DNA of 63,988 nucleotides, filler included, from Perkinsus olseni (Eukaryota): NCBI GenBank assembly GCA_013115125.1. It is 3 parts of 3 records of this genome, joined end to end, with 100 filler letters (N's around TTAATTAATTAA, not from the genome) between each part and the next. Parts side by side here need not be neighbours in the genome. Positions count along the whole stretch, not along the records: positions 22,577 to 45,041 come from JABANN010000539.1; positions 45,142 to 63,988 come from JABANN010000607.1; 1 more part is not named here. One strand, 5' to 3'. Shown piece by piece: positions 37,758 to 51,419 of this stretch (position 1 is its first letter; each line of letters starts with the position of its first letter). The notes under the pieces were generated by a model. It saw only the letters and a program-made list of their open reading frames with translations, ran no database searches and was not told where the DNA came from. The position numbers and the translations under genes were made by a program.

Positions 37758-38848
37758 CTAACAAACGCTGCGGACTAATCTAATCCGACGACGAAACTCT
37801 CGTCACGGCACGAAAATAGGCTTGGCTGAAAGCTCCTGGTGAACATCCCCATTATACTACTCCTTGACGATCAGCGGCATAACAGAAGCGAAGAAGGATA
37901 TGAGAGGTCCCAAAACCACCAATGCCGCCACTAGGAAGTTGAGATAGAAGAATATCCTGTAAAATTGGCACCTGAGCGGAAAGGGAATCTAAGGTTGAAG
38001 CTTAGTAGATGCGAGTCGGCTGTCAAGATAAATGACTCCATAAGAACGGCTCCGGAAGAATCATCGGTTGGGAATTAACTTGAAAAATAGTTCCACCGAA
38101 CTGCGTGACACACTAGCAGAGTAACAGTAAGAACCTCGTGTACGCGTTTTCCGAAGACACCTGTACACAATCTCTGTCCTCAGGCTGGACGATCAGCTAG
38201 CTTCTGAGTCTTGCTATATTCTTTGATAAATTCAATTGTTGGAAAAGTATCCACTTTGGTGTCAACTATGGCTCCTAAGCCCAAGGCCAACCACTTCCAC
38301 AACCCAGAGTATTTCCGACTTCTCTTCCGACCCGATATTACCTCAAATTCAGCTGAAATAAGCATATTGGAGGGCACTCGCTTCCCGTCACCGCTGTAAT
38401 AACACTCGCCACTGACTGCTTCGGGAGGCCTGAAAGTGGCCGAAAGAGACTAACAGAGGACAACACCGAAGCCCCCGTACCTTGCTCTGCCATGGCGACG
38501 TCGCATGTGCTGCTTCTGATTTGTATCCAAGTGAGGTCGGCGGCGGTGCGCAGGACAGGAGTGTACTTTCCTGAGGCTTTGAAGAGCCCGATGTTCCTGT
38601 AGAAGTAGGTTTGTGAGAAGGTGTGATTGGAGGGACCGGTACTACCTTTGAGGGAAACTCAGTGCTGGTATCATCGGGCCGAATTGCCAGTAGGGCATGA
38701 ATATGAGCACTGTCATCAGGCCTAGACCTGAAAGCATATCTTGCATGCTTCGACCTTGGATACGCATAGCGGTTGTCTCACTGAGGAAATTGATAATGAG
38801 GGCGAGATTCACAGCCCCATCATCCTTATGTTTCGACTTCTTCCCCAT
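37758..38848 (-). CDS. Multi-exon hypothetical membrane protein
   Basis: ATG at 38848 (MGKKSKHKDD...); C-terminal hydrophobic IFFYLNFLVAALVVLGPLISFF; stop at ~37758. Confidence 0.5.
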
Positions 38849-40789
38849 GGAGAGGGGTAAAGTAATAGCTGCAAATATTGCATCATCAACACAACGAGTA
38901 TCTTAGGTCGAAGCATGGATTTCATAGGCGATGTTCAATAGACCAAGAGCCCTCCCAAGATTCCTATGTCCTCGTCAAAGCCAACCCGGGGTTGTCGATG
39001 AAGGCCTTCTACAGCTCTACACGACCTGAGCCCCCCATAAAAGAAGCACAACCCATCTTCTCCGTTATGCCACGCTCCAGGCGAATTCATCACTCGCTAC
39101 AGCGTCCAGAGAGCTCCCCGACTCACCCCAGTGGTCGATCGTTCCGTGCAAGAAAATCTTGCGCACTTGCAAATTCCTTAAACGAAAGTCAATCGCGCTC
39201 GCCCTAATTTCTCTTGCCTCACCCTGCGAGTCAATCGCCAAGACCGTCGCCTTCAGCTGCCATTCGACCGCGGAGCAGCTCACACCTGATCAGTTCACCC
39301 GTATCAAATGTTAACGCTACTCGGCTCCTCGAGCTCAACTACACAGGGAACCAATCAGCTCACTGTGGTGGGAGTAAAGGCGTACTGATGGTTGTGAATT
39401 GGTGAATTTCAGGTACCGGAAGATCTACCGCCCATCACATATCGTCACACCTTCGTCGTGATAGGGCGCGCACAAGTTTACTCGGCGTTTGTTAAGATGG
39501 TGTGCAGCAGTAAAGCGGCGTGTTACGCAATCTGCCAGAAGAGCCACTCGTCAATCAGAGGGAACGATTCTGGTCACGGATCGAGCCGGTCTGATATCAG
39601 CCTAGCGTCCAATAGCAGTCTCCACCTCGCCCCTAGGCCCTCAGTTCAGCGGCCGGGTGGACGGAAGGGCCGCAGCAACGCTCACAAGTAGGCTAGGAAT
39701 TACATAGGCGAGCTATTGTGTTCATTAGAGTTGTTCTTTTGCGGATGACTTCAAAAGCGTCCCGCGTTCATTCTGGGGTGCTGTAGAAGCGTACTCGGAT
39801 GTCAGTAGTGTGTGTGAGAAAACATTTCAGCTTGGTTGTCAGCATTGATATGCCTCAAGTGCATGAGGTGAGGTCTTCACCTTATGTGAAGGTCTACGAG
39901 AGCTTTCCATTGGTGTGCGTTACATCTCTCAACTCGTTCGCTCGAAAGATTCACGAGAAGTGGGCCCTTTTTGAGTCGGCACATTGTAACAGGGTCGTTC
40001 AACAAACCAATCATGAAACTCGGAATCAGTTCTTGAAACGCATTTTACGCGTTAAAATCGGCACCAGAATCGATTCTGAGTTTCACATTCTCTTCGTCGA
40101 GGGGTAGGTAAAATCTGTTATTCCAAAGGGAGTAGCGAATGAGTCCCTTAGTAACAAGGAATCCTGTGCGTGGTTCGTATCTTGCCGTTTCACAAGGCTG
40201 CGGGTATCTTTCCGTTTCAGATGCTACTGCCAAATTGATGCGCCGCATCTACCTCATTCAATCTCGCGCGGTCAATCCCGCCCTGTCTCCCTCGGCCGAA
40301 ATCAGTCCCCCGAACTTCGTGGTGCAACTTCCAATGAGTCCACCCCAATATGCACTTCCATATCCGGCTCGGTGTCGATGCAGCGCATTCACCACAGCAC
40401 CATCGTCAGTCGAGTATCTTTCGAGAATGTGAGTATCTTTTAAGAGCCCTCATTTTGTACGCGTTCCAGCTCAACTGTATGCGGCTACTTGATCGATGTT
40501 CATCCGTGCATCGTCTGTTCGACTTTTGGTTCCTTTGGCGGCTCCGCGTACGAGTAGACCCACGCGTAGTGTTGCCCATTGGTTCGATTGAACTGTGGGT
40601 GGTGCGCTGTTTCCAGTATGAACTAGCTCGAACGGGGCAGCTTGCAATAGTTAGGATACTGATCTAGGAGTGATTGGTCAACGTTCGGCTGAATAGAGGC
40701 TCAAAAATGCAGCGGAGCGAAGCTCATCATTTTGACAGAACAGAATCATGAGGTTGATCATGACAGTAGGGTTCACTTTCTCCTGCTCA

Positions 40790-41466
40790 GGTGTCGTACA
40801 AATACTCGTCATACATCCCCCGATTGAGCTCGGCGACGGCTGTCCTCAACACCGCGCTCATCTTTCTGTTACCGTTGGACCCCCCTCCTGGCAACAGCAA
40901 AGCGGCCACCGCCGCGAGTGCTTGCACAGATTGCATCAGAAGCCTCACCGGTGGTGATGATGCTCGGCCGTCCCGCTGGAACACTTTGGTAAGCTATCGC
41001 GGTCGCTGTCTCTGAATTGAACGATCTTTTCGTCGCCCAATTGACGCGATGCTTCCTGGACTTTCTCGTCATTGCAAATGCCGGGATTCTCGCGTTAGGG
41101 CAAAACATGTCGAGTTTGCTGAGATTTCATTGTTTTCAGATGGAGGACATAAGCATGCTCGAGCTAAGACTACGTCAATGCCAGCGAATGATCGATAACT
41201 GGGGCAAGCGTTTCGGCAAACCGTTGGTCTCTCTGGTTGTGCTCACGGCCGAGCACGCGGACTCGGGACGGAAACCCCCCACTAGACGACAGGAAGAACG
41301 ACTTGCTGTTGAGAGTCTTTGGCGGAAATGGGGGCCCAGCGGCGTGGGTATCCTCGGCGACCGTTTTGATTATGAATGGAATGGTGACAAGTTGCACAGC
41401 CTGGTCAGCGACCTTTCTGAGATTCTTGCGCAGCACTGGCGAACCAACAGCATCACCGCCTTATGA
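40790..41466 (+). CDS. 3' exons of a hypothetical protein
   Basis: Exons ~40791-40988 and 41140-41466 with GT/AG boundaries. Confidence 0.35.
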
Positions 41467-42914
41467 CGCACATTACCCTTTGAAGCATTTAAGCTACTTT
41501 CTCAACGGCGTTTCGGCCAGTGAGGTTTCTGAGGTGTTCTTAGTAAACTCAAACAGAAATGAACTGTGTGCTTTAACAACAATGATAGTTCTCAGACGTC
41601 ATGTCGTGTACGATGGTCACATCTTATGAAAGCTAATTTTCTCTCATTGTCGATTTCCCCCGGCTCCAACGGCGAGGCGCCGTAAACTTCGCTGTAGCAA
41701 GCCGGGGACATGCATCTGAACAGGATCGGAAGTGATGGAGAAACGAATCGAAGACCTACTCGTCGATGCATGACTCTGTGAGATCGAGTTGCCGAAGGCC
41801 GCGGCATGCAGGCGTCCGAGAGCATTTCGCTCGCCGGCTGTTCCAGTTCTTCGCAGAGGCTTGGACGAGAAGCAGGACAATTGCGAAGATGAGTAGAGAC
41901 AAGAGGGGACGCTCGGCCATGAGACGAGAACTATCCTGATTTCTACGTGCTCCAGTGAGCGACGAAGGGGAACAAAACCATGTCGAACACATTCCGACCA
42001 CCTCGCCCCACTTCACAGTTTAAGAATTCATCATCCATCAACATCATTGTCCTCGCCATTTCTCACTGTAGAGTTTCGTATGTAGCCTTTCCCGCCGAAG
42101 CGTGTAACGGTTCCAGTGTAGAACACGGCATCTCCTGCACAACTAAGATTATCCTGTATACCCGCATTCTTGTAAACTTGTTTTCTCATTTATTACGACC
42201 GCTTATGAGCACAATCATCGTTGATGGTACAGGGTAGCCCATCTGCGAATGAACAGAGAGGATTTCCGAGGCCCTGGATAATGAATTAAGAACGAAATAC
42301 TCGAATTGAATGGAGACTTTTAAAAAGCGGGAAATATAGTACGGGAAAAACAGAGCAATGCCTGTTAACGGTATGAGCAAGGGCGAAAGCCTCGGTTAAC
42401 CTAAACGACATCAGACACATTGATGTAACAATGACAGCTCTTTAGTATTTAATGGTCGGTTCTCATAGATGGGGGAAAGAGAAATCTGTGGTGAGTTTGA
42501 CTTCCTACTACCACCACGAGATGATGAACCACTGGAACGACGATGGAGGGTGGTGGTATCTCCGCTGTACATCCTGAGGAGAGAGATCAGTTTCACGAGG
42601 GCGCGTTGTGGTACTACTATTACCATTACCATTACTACTAAAAGTAGTGGTAGTAGTGGTAATAATTATACTGGTAAAAGTAGTGGTAGTAGTATAGAGT
42701 TTGTCAAACTCAGTTCGACTATGAAAGCAGACGACCCCGAAATCGCCGTCTCTCACCGTTCAAGTTTCTCCAAACCTCCATCGAGGCTGGCACGCTTCGA
42801 GGGACTCCGAGAGTATTCAAACATACTGAGCAGCCCCAGCCAGCGCTGGTTCAGTGAAGGCGACGTCCCTCCGCCTGACAGCAGCCGTACCATCATCATC
42901 CACTGAACCCATCA

Positions 42915-43465
42915 CACGGTGAAGGGCAAAATCCAAGGCAGCGCGTGCTGCCACAATCCGAAAAAACTCAGGACTGCGGGTGAGCAGCCAGATCCGCGAA
43001 GATGCTTCCTTGGAATTTGGGAATTACCCACCACACGCCCTACCTCCTTCCCGAACCCTCCTCTTCGGGTTGTGGACAGTGTAGAGCTGCGTAGACTCAT
43101 CTACGGCTGACGATGATGCGCCCCCATTGAAAGGAAGGCAACCCATGGAAAGGGGACTACCACCTGAGATCACTGATCAAAACACCGAACGCCCAATTCC
43201 GTGTTCCGCAAGGGTGAAGTACAAAATCCAAGAGAAAGGTACAAAATCCAAGGAAGCGCGTGCAACAGGGAGGCAAAATCAACAGAAAAAATCCCCGAAC
43301 TGCGGGTGAAGGCAGTAACGGGAAACCAGAAACCCCTCCCAAAACCGGACAGGGCAACCCGATCCCGAAACTGTTACCCCGGGCAACCAGAAACCGGAAC
43401 TATTACCGTGGGCAACACGATCCCCGAAAGTGCCTCCTTGGATTTTGTACCTTTCCCTTGGACTT
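42915..43465. repeat. Composite direct/inverted repeat, possibly a non-autonomous DNA element
   Basis: CCAAGAGAAAGGTACAAAATCCAAGGA (43228-43254) matches the inverted copy at 43435-43461 at 26/27 positions. CAAAATCCAAGG..GCGCGTGC...ACTGCGGGTGA is repeated at ~42925 and ~43242. Confidence 0.6.
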
Positions 43466-43696
43466 TGGGAATTACTCTGTTCCGCAACTACTTATGTCTC
43501 CTGCATTCTTGGTCTCTTGATACATCTTCCGTTTTCTCCGGTATTCTTGGTCTCTTGGTATATCTTGCGTTTTCTCAACAGCAATGTCCTCGCGTCCTTC
43601 ACCTCCATTCGTCAACTCGTGCCTTACGTTCCCCTTGCGGAGATCCATGCTAATTCATGTGAGGGCGCGAAGCAACCAAAGCGAACCTCACGCATC

Positions 43697-44276
43697 TTAG
43701 GTCGATGCTAATAGGATGCAAAACTGCTCCATATGAGGCAAACTCCCACTCCGAATAGGCGGCACAATGACGGACCCGTGACTTCCGTTGTTCTCTATCG
43801 CGGATGATTGTATATGTACCAAGATTATCTCCTCTCGTCCGGGGCTTTTTCTTGGGAGAAGTTTGGGAATGTGTAGCAGCTTCCTAGTTGGGGCTGCATG
43901 GCGGTGCGCGCATAACACTGAATGCGAACATACTCTGCTGTACATAACGCTGAGCGTTCGTAAAACCTACTGCTCGACTTCATGCCGATGGCGTCTATTA
44001 GTTTGGAGATCATTTCAGGATTCATCGTACGGAGAGCCCCTAACTGAGCACATCGGTAAAATTCTAAGTCGGAGTCGCAGGAATCGGCGTTTATTAGAGG
44101 CCGCAAAGGTGGTCAGTCGTGGACTCTTCCGTCACTGACCGCTTCCAACAGACTCTTCCGAAGAGGATTATCCTCTGAGGATAATGAATTACTTCATGAA
44201 ACGTGTCGAGTGCTCGAAAATGTCTTCTGGTCACAGCAAGATACCTCAGCTTCTTCGTGTCGGCTGTCTCCCTCAT
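43697..44276 (-). pseudogene. Apparently frameshifted intronless ORF remnant
   Basis: Three consecutive overlapping ORFs (44094-44276, 43825-44106, 43697-43945) in different frames without clear introns. Confidence 0.25.
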
Positions 44277-44383
44277 TATACCAATCCACTAGCCTGTCTC
44301 GTATCAGAGTGTTTGTGTTGATGTAAGTGTGTCAGCAACAACAATTTTCTCTCAGTTTCGTTGTTATTATCTTTTAAACTCTA

Positions 44384-45041
44384 ATGGTTGATTCTGAAGT
44401 TATTCTCAAGTTCCACTTCAATTCGGATATCGTCCGTGTGCGTGCAAGTCCGTGTGACTGTGATTCTATTTCCAAGTTGAACGAGTATGTTGCTGACGCT
44501 TGGCCGGAACTTAGAGGCAAGCCCTTTGACATCCTCTTCTGTGACGGTCTCGGTGCTAAGGACATCCTGGACGAGGACAAGTTGATGAAGCTGTTGTCTG
44601 ATGCTTCTGGCAGTGATGGGGCTTCGAGGAACATTGGTCTCTTCGTGGAGGAACGTGGTGTTGCTGATGAGGGTAAGGAGGCTGATGATGAACAGCAGAA
44701 GTCTCATGCCACCACGACGTGTGGTGGTGAGGCCTGCAAGTGCAGTGGTGGTGAGGCCTGCAAGTGTCCCGCTATGAAGTTTCATGGTATGATGGGTAGC
44801 AGCTGTCCTGCTATGAACAAGTGCCCTTATATGGCTGCTAAGGAGGGTTGCTGCTGTCCGGCTATGAACAAGTGCCCTTATATGGCTGCTAAGGAGGGTT
44901 GCTGCTGTCCTGCCATGAACGAGTGCCCTTACATGAAGTGTCATGGTATGATGGGTTGCTGCTGTCCGGCTATGAACAAGTGCCCTTATATGGCTGCTAA
45001 GGAGGGTTGCTGCTGTCCGGCTATGAACAAGTGCCCTTATA
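44384..45041 (+). CDS. PB1-like domain protein with Cys/Met-rich 17-aa tandem repeats; truncated by gap
   Basis: N-terminus VILKFHFNSDIVRV...FDILFCDGLG..DILDEDKL is PB1-like; then 51-bp repeats encoding CCCPAMNKCPYMAAKEG. Confidence 0.7.
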
Positions 45042-45141
45042 NNNNNNNNNNNNNNNNNNNNNNNNNNNNNNNNNNNNNNNNNNNNTTAATTAATTAANNN
45101 NNNNNNNNNNNNNNNNNNNNNNNNNNNNNNNNNNNNNNNNN
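45042..45141. other. Assembly gap with TTAATTAATTAA spacer
   Basis: 100-nt N run with the artificial spacer. Confidence 0.98.
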
Positions 45142-45239
45142 AGTTTCGTACGGTCGGTCGTTGAGAAATTTCAAGAGTTCAAAGTTGTTCACGAAGTTTT
45201 GAAACTCCCTTTACAACTAGACAATATCCACCACCCTCG

Positions 45240-48200
45240 ATGCTAAACCTCCTCCTACCCGCGGGCTCCAGGGCCGTCCTTCATCTCCTGAATCGGACTC
45301 CTGCACGATCGGAGCGGACTGACAAGTACACGGTCATATCCGAGGAATCTTCCACGCTCTTGCCTCTTCAGCAGCCTCGGTAGTACCGAGCTCCACTATG
45401 ATTTTACTCTTCACGTAGGAAGCATCACGGCCTGTGAAGGCAGCCGGTATGAGCCATAACATAACGGAACCCCACCCGCAGGCTCCGCGACCCCATCATC
45501 CTCTTCGCGGTGGCTCCCCACGACAGGGACCGAGAGTGCGGGAGCCTGAGAGCTGCTAAGATCCGGTCCAGCAGAGCACTTGACATCATCGGGGGCGTTG
45601 AAGGTCCTCGGGATGTCCAGGTCGCTGCTCAGCCCCGAGAGCTCATCGCCTTTACTCCATCGCGGGACTGCCGGGGTGCCCGGGGATGCGGATAATGGAC
45701 TCTGAGAAGTTGCCAGTGCTGGCCAGACAGGACCCTGGGAAAGAGCAGGCCCAGGAAACCATCCTCAAAGCACCCACTCCCTTCGCCGCTGCTTCTGGTC
45801 CCTCGTCAACTGGTTCACCCTGAGCGGCCCCCCTGCTGATCTCTTGCACAGGACGCTCACTTTCGTCAGAGACGGCGGCACTTGCACCCTGCAAGAAGAC
45901 ATTTTACTCACATCACCACGAAGTGCTCCACACCTCTCCAGTTCCTCCAAGTACGACAAGTACGACACCCTCAGCGTCTGAGGAGTCGTTGTCGGGCTTC
46001 TGGCTCCCTGCTTCGCTCCGCTCGATTTTTTCAACATTGCTAGTACCATCAACCTGAAACGTCCCATAACTTTCCAATGCTAGCCCTCGCTTCAAACCTC
46101 TCTCGTCTTCCTATCAAAATTTTCGATGCTTCTCATCACTTCATCCAGTCTCCGTTCCGCAGCCTCCGCACGGCTCCTCAACTCCCCCACCTCGCCCTTG
46201 ACCGCCCGCAGGTCGTCCCTCAGCGCCCTCAGCTCCTCGGTCACCTCCACGACTCTATCAACAGCCCTCACCTTATCAATCAATTCCCTCTCATCTGCCT
46301 CCAACCGGCCCACCCTTCTCTCTATCCCCTCCTCCCACCCGTCCTCTGTATATCGATGCCACAGCTCCGCCAACTTCTGTCTGTCCTGCACCAGACTTTC
46401 CTCGATCATCGCTATGACGTCCTCGCACCCCCTGTTACCCCAGAGCTCATCGAGCTTCCGGCCGTCCCTCTCGAAGATGGCGTCGAACAGGTCCAACTGG
46501 TCCATCACCTTAGCCATCTTTCCCTCCAGCAGCGTCACCCTTTTGTCCCCCTGGCCCGCCACCCCGGTCGACCGCATTTTCTCCATATTACGTTGGAGGA
46601 CAGCCGCGAGCTTCTTCTCAAACTCCGGCCCTAGAGAGGTTGCTGTTCTTCGGGCCTCCGTCAACTCCCTCTTCGTCTCCACGACCAACTCCCCCAACTT
46701 GGTCTCCTGCTCGCCCACCTGGCTGGCCAAGGCAGCCAGACTGCTGGAGAGGGCATCTGAAACGGGGGAAGCATAAGAAGGGAAGCAACGCTCGCATACT
46801 ACCGATCCTAGCCTCCCTGCAGGCTCTATCATTCGCCAGTGACTCCACGGCGCCTCTCAACGACAGCATCTCCTCCTCCGACCGCCCTCGGTCTTCTACT
46901 TCCCGCTGTAGCCTCCCCACGGCCTCTTCCTGCCCGCTGACTGTCCTCCTCACCCGAGCCAGGGAGCCCTCCACGACCTCTAGAGAGTAGTCCACCTTCG
47001 GCGAGATGTCCCCCATTCTTTTCTCGACATCCGCAAGCCTCAACAAAATCGATTCCTCAACAGCCCGCTGGAAGCCCTCCAACTTCGCATCGAGCGCCTT
47101 CTCGATACTGTCCAGCCTCAGTCGCAGATTCCTGTCCACTGTACTCATCTCCTCCCGCGTGACAGTGCTTTTGCCCTCTGCGTCCCCGACCGAACGACGA
47201 GTAGGTGCGCTGTCCGCAATGCCGTCCACCCTGATCGACTGCCGTCTGCAGTCGTTCCTCACGAAATCCATCTCCGTCCGCATGCTGGACAGCTCGCCCA
47301 GCACCTTCCTCTCTAGAGCCGAGGTAGAGATAGTCAACTCACTGAGGAGGTCCCTAGAGGTAGCAGCCTGGGCCTGCAGGGACTCAACTTCTTCAAACTA
47401 CTGGCAATGAGAAGCCTACATTCTTGACACCTCGTAGGTCGTGCACCAGGGCATCGATAGCCTCCTGTTGCCTGGACATGGTGGCGCTTACGTCATACCT
47501 AGACCAGGGAGGCCGAATGGCACGTTCGAGAGATGCCGATCCCAGGGATCGATCCTGGGATCGTTATCCATGGAGCTTTATGCTCGACCCTAGATGCCGC
47601 TTACGATACCACACGTGCCACTATTCGTTTGACCCTCCCTCTCCCGCCATTACTTCGCTGCTGCTGGCCTTGAATCCGGAACCGGCGAGTCCGTCACACT
47701 TCGTCTAGGGAAGGAACGGTGTGCCTACAGTCCGGTAGGTCCGTCCGCGCAGGTTCGAACCCCGGAGAAGACACCTCAGGGAAGGCTCCAAAGCTGCCGA
47801 AAAGTGAGCTCGGGAGGTCCCGACCGGGTGACCTCGGCGGCCCCCTCCCTATCTCCATCAGATGCTTGTCCGTCTCTGCCAGTATCTTAGCAATAGCGTT
47901 CCGATCGTACCTACCCCACCGCGCCTCTCCACCCAGGGCAGCGAGTCCTCCCTACATCTTGTATGCTCGAGGTGAGGCACCGCGGACAGAGGGAAGGAAA
48001 TCCAAACACGCGAGGCCTTCCCATCACCACCACAGAACCCAACCGATCCAACAATCATCGGAAACATCAGACCATCGGCCTCGCAGACGTGGACCAGCGT
48101 ATCCTCAGACGACCGTCCATGCCCCCTTTGTCACGCTCCCGTCGTAATACCTTCGCCAGCACCTCCTCTCGCCTATCCTCCCCCTCGAACGCTTTCTCTG

Positions 48201-48534
48201 TCTCCCTACTCAAATCAGTCCTCCGCCGTGCTCCCGCTTTTGGATCCCGATTTTCCTTTTCTTGTGTTCCCCTGCTCCCCCGTCCGCTCACTCCCTCCAG
48301 CTGCTGCAGTCCGACAGGCTTTGGGTCCTTAGTACCATCACGAGTCCTCCGCCACGTGTTGATGGGCTGCCCCTCCCCAACATACCCAAACTCCTTCGCG
48401 CTCGGCAGCGTCCGAGCGAAGACCTTCGACCTCGCACAGTCAGTTTCGAACAGATCGCTCCCACGCCAGCTGCCGTGGATTCTGAGAGCGGCAGCAGGGA
48501 TGCCCTCCTGGCCTTGACCGTGTGTGATGTTCAC
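45240..48534 (-). CDS. Large coiled-coil protein, multi-exon
   Basis: Long E/R/L-rich heptad exons in 46092-46750 and 46800-47400; intron 47725-47774. Ends approximate. Confidence 0.6.
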
Positions 48535-48624
48535 CTATCGAAGGCCTCCTTAGCCACTTCAGGAAAAATCTCCGACGGCGGTTCCCTATTGGACCTCACA
48601 AGCTTGGTACCGATCTCGATTCGT

Positions 48625-49301
48625 TTATAGAAGGTGGTTCCCAAGGCCTAACAGGGCCTTCATAAAAAAGCAAGAGAATATACCGACTGTGGGAATCGAA
48701 CCAGCATCCATTCCCCTACCCCACCTTCGCCAGAGTTGATAAGGCCATAAGGTGCGGCACTTTGTCGTATGCATAGACCCTGGGCTGCTTCTGGTTCGCG
48801 AGTGTGGCGGGTATCTCCTCCCCAGGCGCATGCGGATAGAGCGAATGCTGAACTCGATACTTCCCTCGTGCCAGGAAGGGCAGGCCGTGGACCAGCGCCT
48901 GACGGCCGGGGATAAATCCTGTCTTCAGGGTGTCGTCCCTCACGATATCCTTCTCCTTCAAACTAAAGTAGTTCAACGCCTTCACCGCACTATTGGCCAA
49001 ACCCAGCGGGTCCGTCGCCCAAGGCCTCAGCAGGATCACGATCTCCGACTCCGAGATGTCCCCTGAGAGCGATCAGTTTCGTCCCACACACCAGCATACG
49101 GCGAAGCCGAGACCAGTGAAACCCGCATACCCCCGGGAACAAGACAGTCGAAGTTGAGTCGACCGTAAACGGGTTTCCCACCACTTCCTCTCCGACTTTG
49201 CGTAGCGCCTGTTCGATTCTGATTCCCTGGGGAAGCCCAGGTGCCGAGCTTCGTTTCGAAGGAAAATGGTGAGAAATTCTCACTGAGAAGTCGTGGGCCA
49301 T
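48625..49301 (-). CDS. Hypothetical protein, probably 3 exons
   Basis: ATG at 49301; introns ~49064-49128 and 48658-48724; final join LAK/ALLGLGNHLL*. Confidence 0.5.
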
Positions 49302-49769
49302 CTTTTCATGCCGCTACTTATTCCCATACTCAACCCTCGACACCACAACCGACTGACCTAGCACTGGGGAGGTGCTACTCCAAGACGTGAAATCCTCAGG
49401 GCCCCTTTCTGAGCCGCTCCCGTGCCTGTCAACTGCAACGTTATGAGCTGATGACATCACTGATGGAGACTCACATCCGTATCCACTCTATAAACTGTCG
49501 TCCTACTGTGCACCTCTGGCTGGCCAGGCCGAGGAGGATGAACCGAGGCCGAGTATAGGAATAGATACTCATACTACTTCCCTCCTTGAGAAACTACAGA
49601 AGAGCGTAAGGCAAGGGAACAGGGGCTGTTGATTCCTACGGCCTTGAGCCTGGGAACGCTTACAACAGCTCAGACTTCCGGAGAGAAACTCAAAACAGAC
49701 ACGATATGATCCACCCGAGCACCATGCCGTCCTAGACTGCCAATACACGAAAAACATCGGAGTCTCTTA

Positions 49770-50841
49770 CATTCTACCCGATACCACTCGCTGACGACAT
49801 CGTGACCGGGTGTGCACCTCGACGCCTTGAGCTGCGCCTAGGCTCGCCCTCGCCCACTCCGAACCCTTCCCCGCTGTTTCTCTCCACCTCACGATTGGCG
49901 GAGAATTCGACCTTATGAAGGCTCCCAGCTGCTAGGTTATTCTGCCCCTTATCGGAGCACGCTGTCACCGAGCAGCCCCTGTCAATGACAGGTGTGGGGT
50001 GACAGGCTGTCATGCCCAGCGCACCAATATGGCATATCTTAGAGCTCGCCTCATACAGACAGGTCGAGCCAGGACACATGCCCAATAGCAAGAGGCCCCT
50101 TGAAAACCTAGTTATTGCCTCATAGGGAACTCCGAGGGATACAGGCATCTTCTCCCGGAGGCAGCCGGTCTGCCAGCAGCAGAGTCGAGTGCACTTTGAT
50201 GAGGATGGAATACTGAAGCGTTCAGCTTTGTGAATGGATCCACTTCATCACGATCAGGGAAAGTTATGGTAGCCCTGTACCTTCTCGGAAGAAATGTAAA
50301 CAAAACTTCCCCGCCCGCTTCATCATAGCTGAATAATGAAGCCCCTCCCAACGACAGACCTAGGAATATTCTTACGATAGCCAAAAGGCAGACCGATTCC
50401 CATCCTTCGGACAATGGACAACGCTCGTTCGCGGTATGCCATCAGTGACTCTTATATGCACCGATTCCCGATCTTCGCCATGTTTGTCGTTGCTATACCC
50501 GCAGAGGAGCATTTTCTGGTTGACGAAGAACATCGCGGTGTTCCGAATGGGGGGGTAGTCCTGATAAGAAGCGAGTCGATCCGACAATCAGAGTTCGTAA
50601 GTGCCGTCGGAGGGTCATTCATTGATGGACTTCCGGTCTGTCCTGTGAACACAAGGAGGGCCACAAGATCCACCGAGAATTCCGGCCAACGAAGATCACT
50701 ATGATCGCAGTCATGCGCCCAGACTATCGCACTTACACTCGTCGAGGGTGGAGCGGCTTGTGTACGAATTGTTACGCCGAGAGGGACGATCATCAGCAGG
50801 GTGGCTGCTGCTGTGATGGACTTACGTGTGAAGGATGGCAT
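49770..50841 (-). CDS. Secreted hypothetical protein, multi-exon
   Basis: Signal-like MPSFTRKSITAAATLLMIVPLG followed by successive minus-strand ORF pieces. Confidence 0.4.
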
Positions 50842-51419
50842 TGGGGCCTCGAGTTACAAAATAACTACATAACATCAGTTAGTGATACGATGACTACTCT
50901 TGAGCTCGTAAGAAATGCAGCCATACTCGTCGCTCAGTGCAAATTCCGAACCTACCGGAGTTCTCCCCCAGAGGTGCGGCGTTCTGCTGATAACTCACCC
51001 AGACTCGCCGACAATGATAGCCATGTGTTGGTACATTCGAAGCATGTCAATCTTGTAGACGGCAAACTTGCAGGACTGGAAATGGTGCAGTACCTCGCGC
51101 TAAAAAAAGCAAGAGATAGCAAGTTGCGGCACCAACGAAGAATTTCCATGCTCCATCAGTCTTACTGGATACATCAGCCCGCTCGACCGCACGTCTGCCT
51201 ACCGTCGACGCCTCGGCGAAGAGGCCCACCATCTCACATGCCCCCACCGACGCCATCCCTGTATTACAGAATATCATATTATGCATGCAGCGATAATCCC
51301 CATCACTATATAATAATGGAGAGTTTATTCTCCCGTAGATAAAGTCTATATTGATTCACTACATAGATATTGACTTCCATATCGTCTAATACAGATGCGA
51401 CAGATTATATGATTCGAGC

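Noticed and set aside
46077-46776. Long plus-strand ORFs
   Set aside because: Antisense shadows of the coiled-coil exons on the minus strand.
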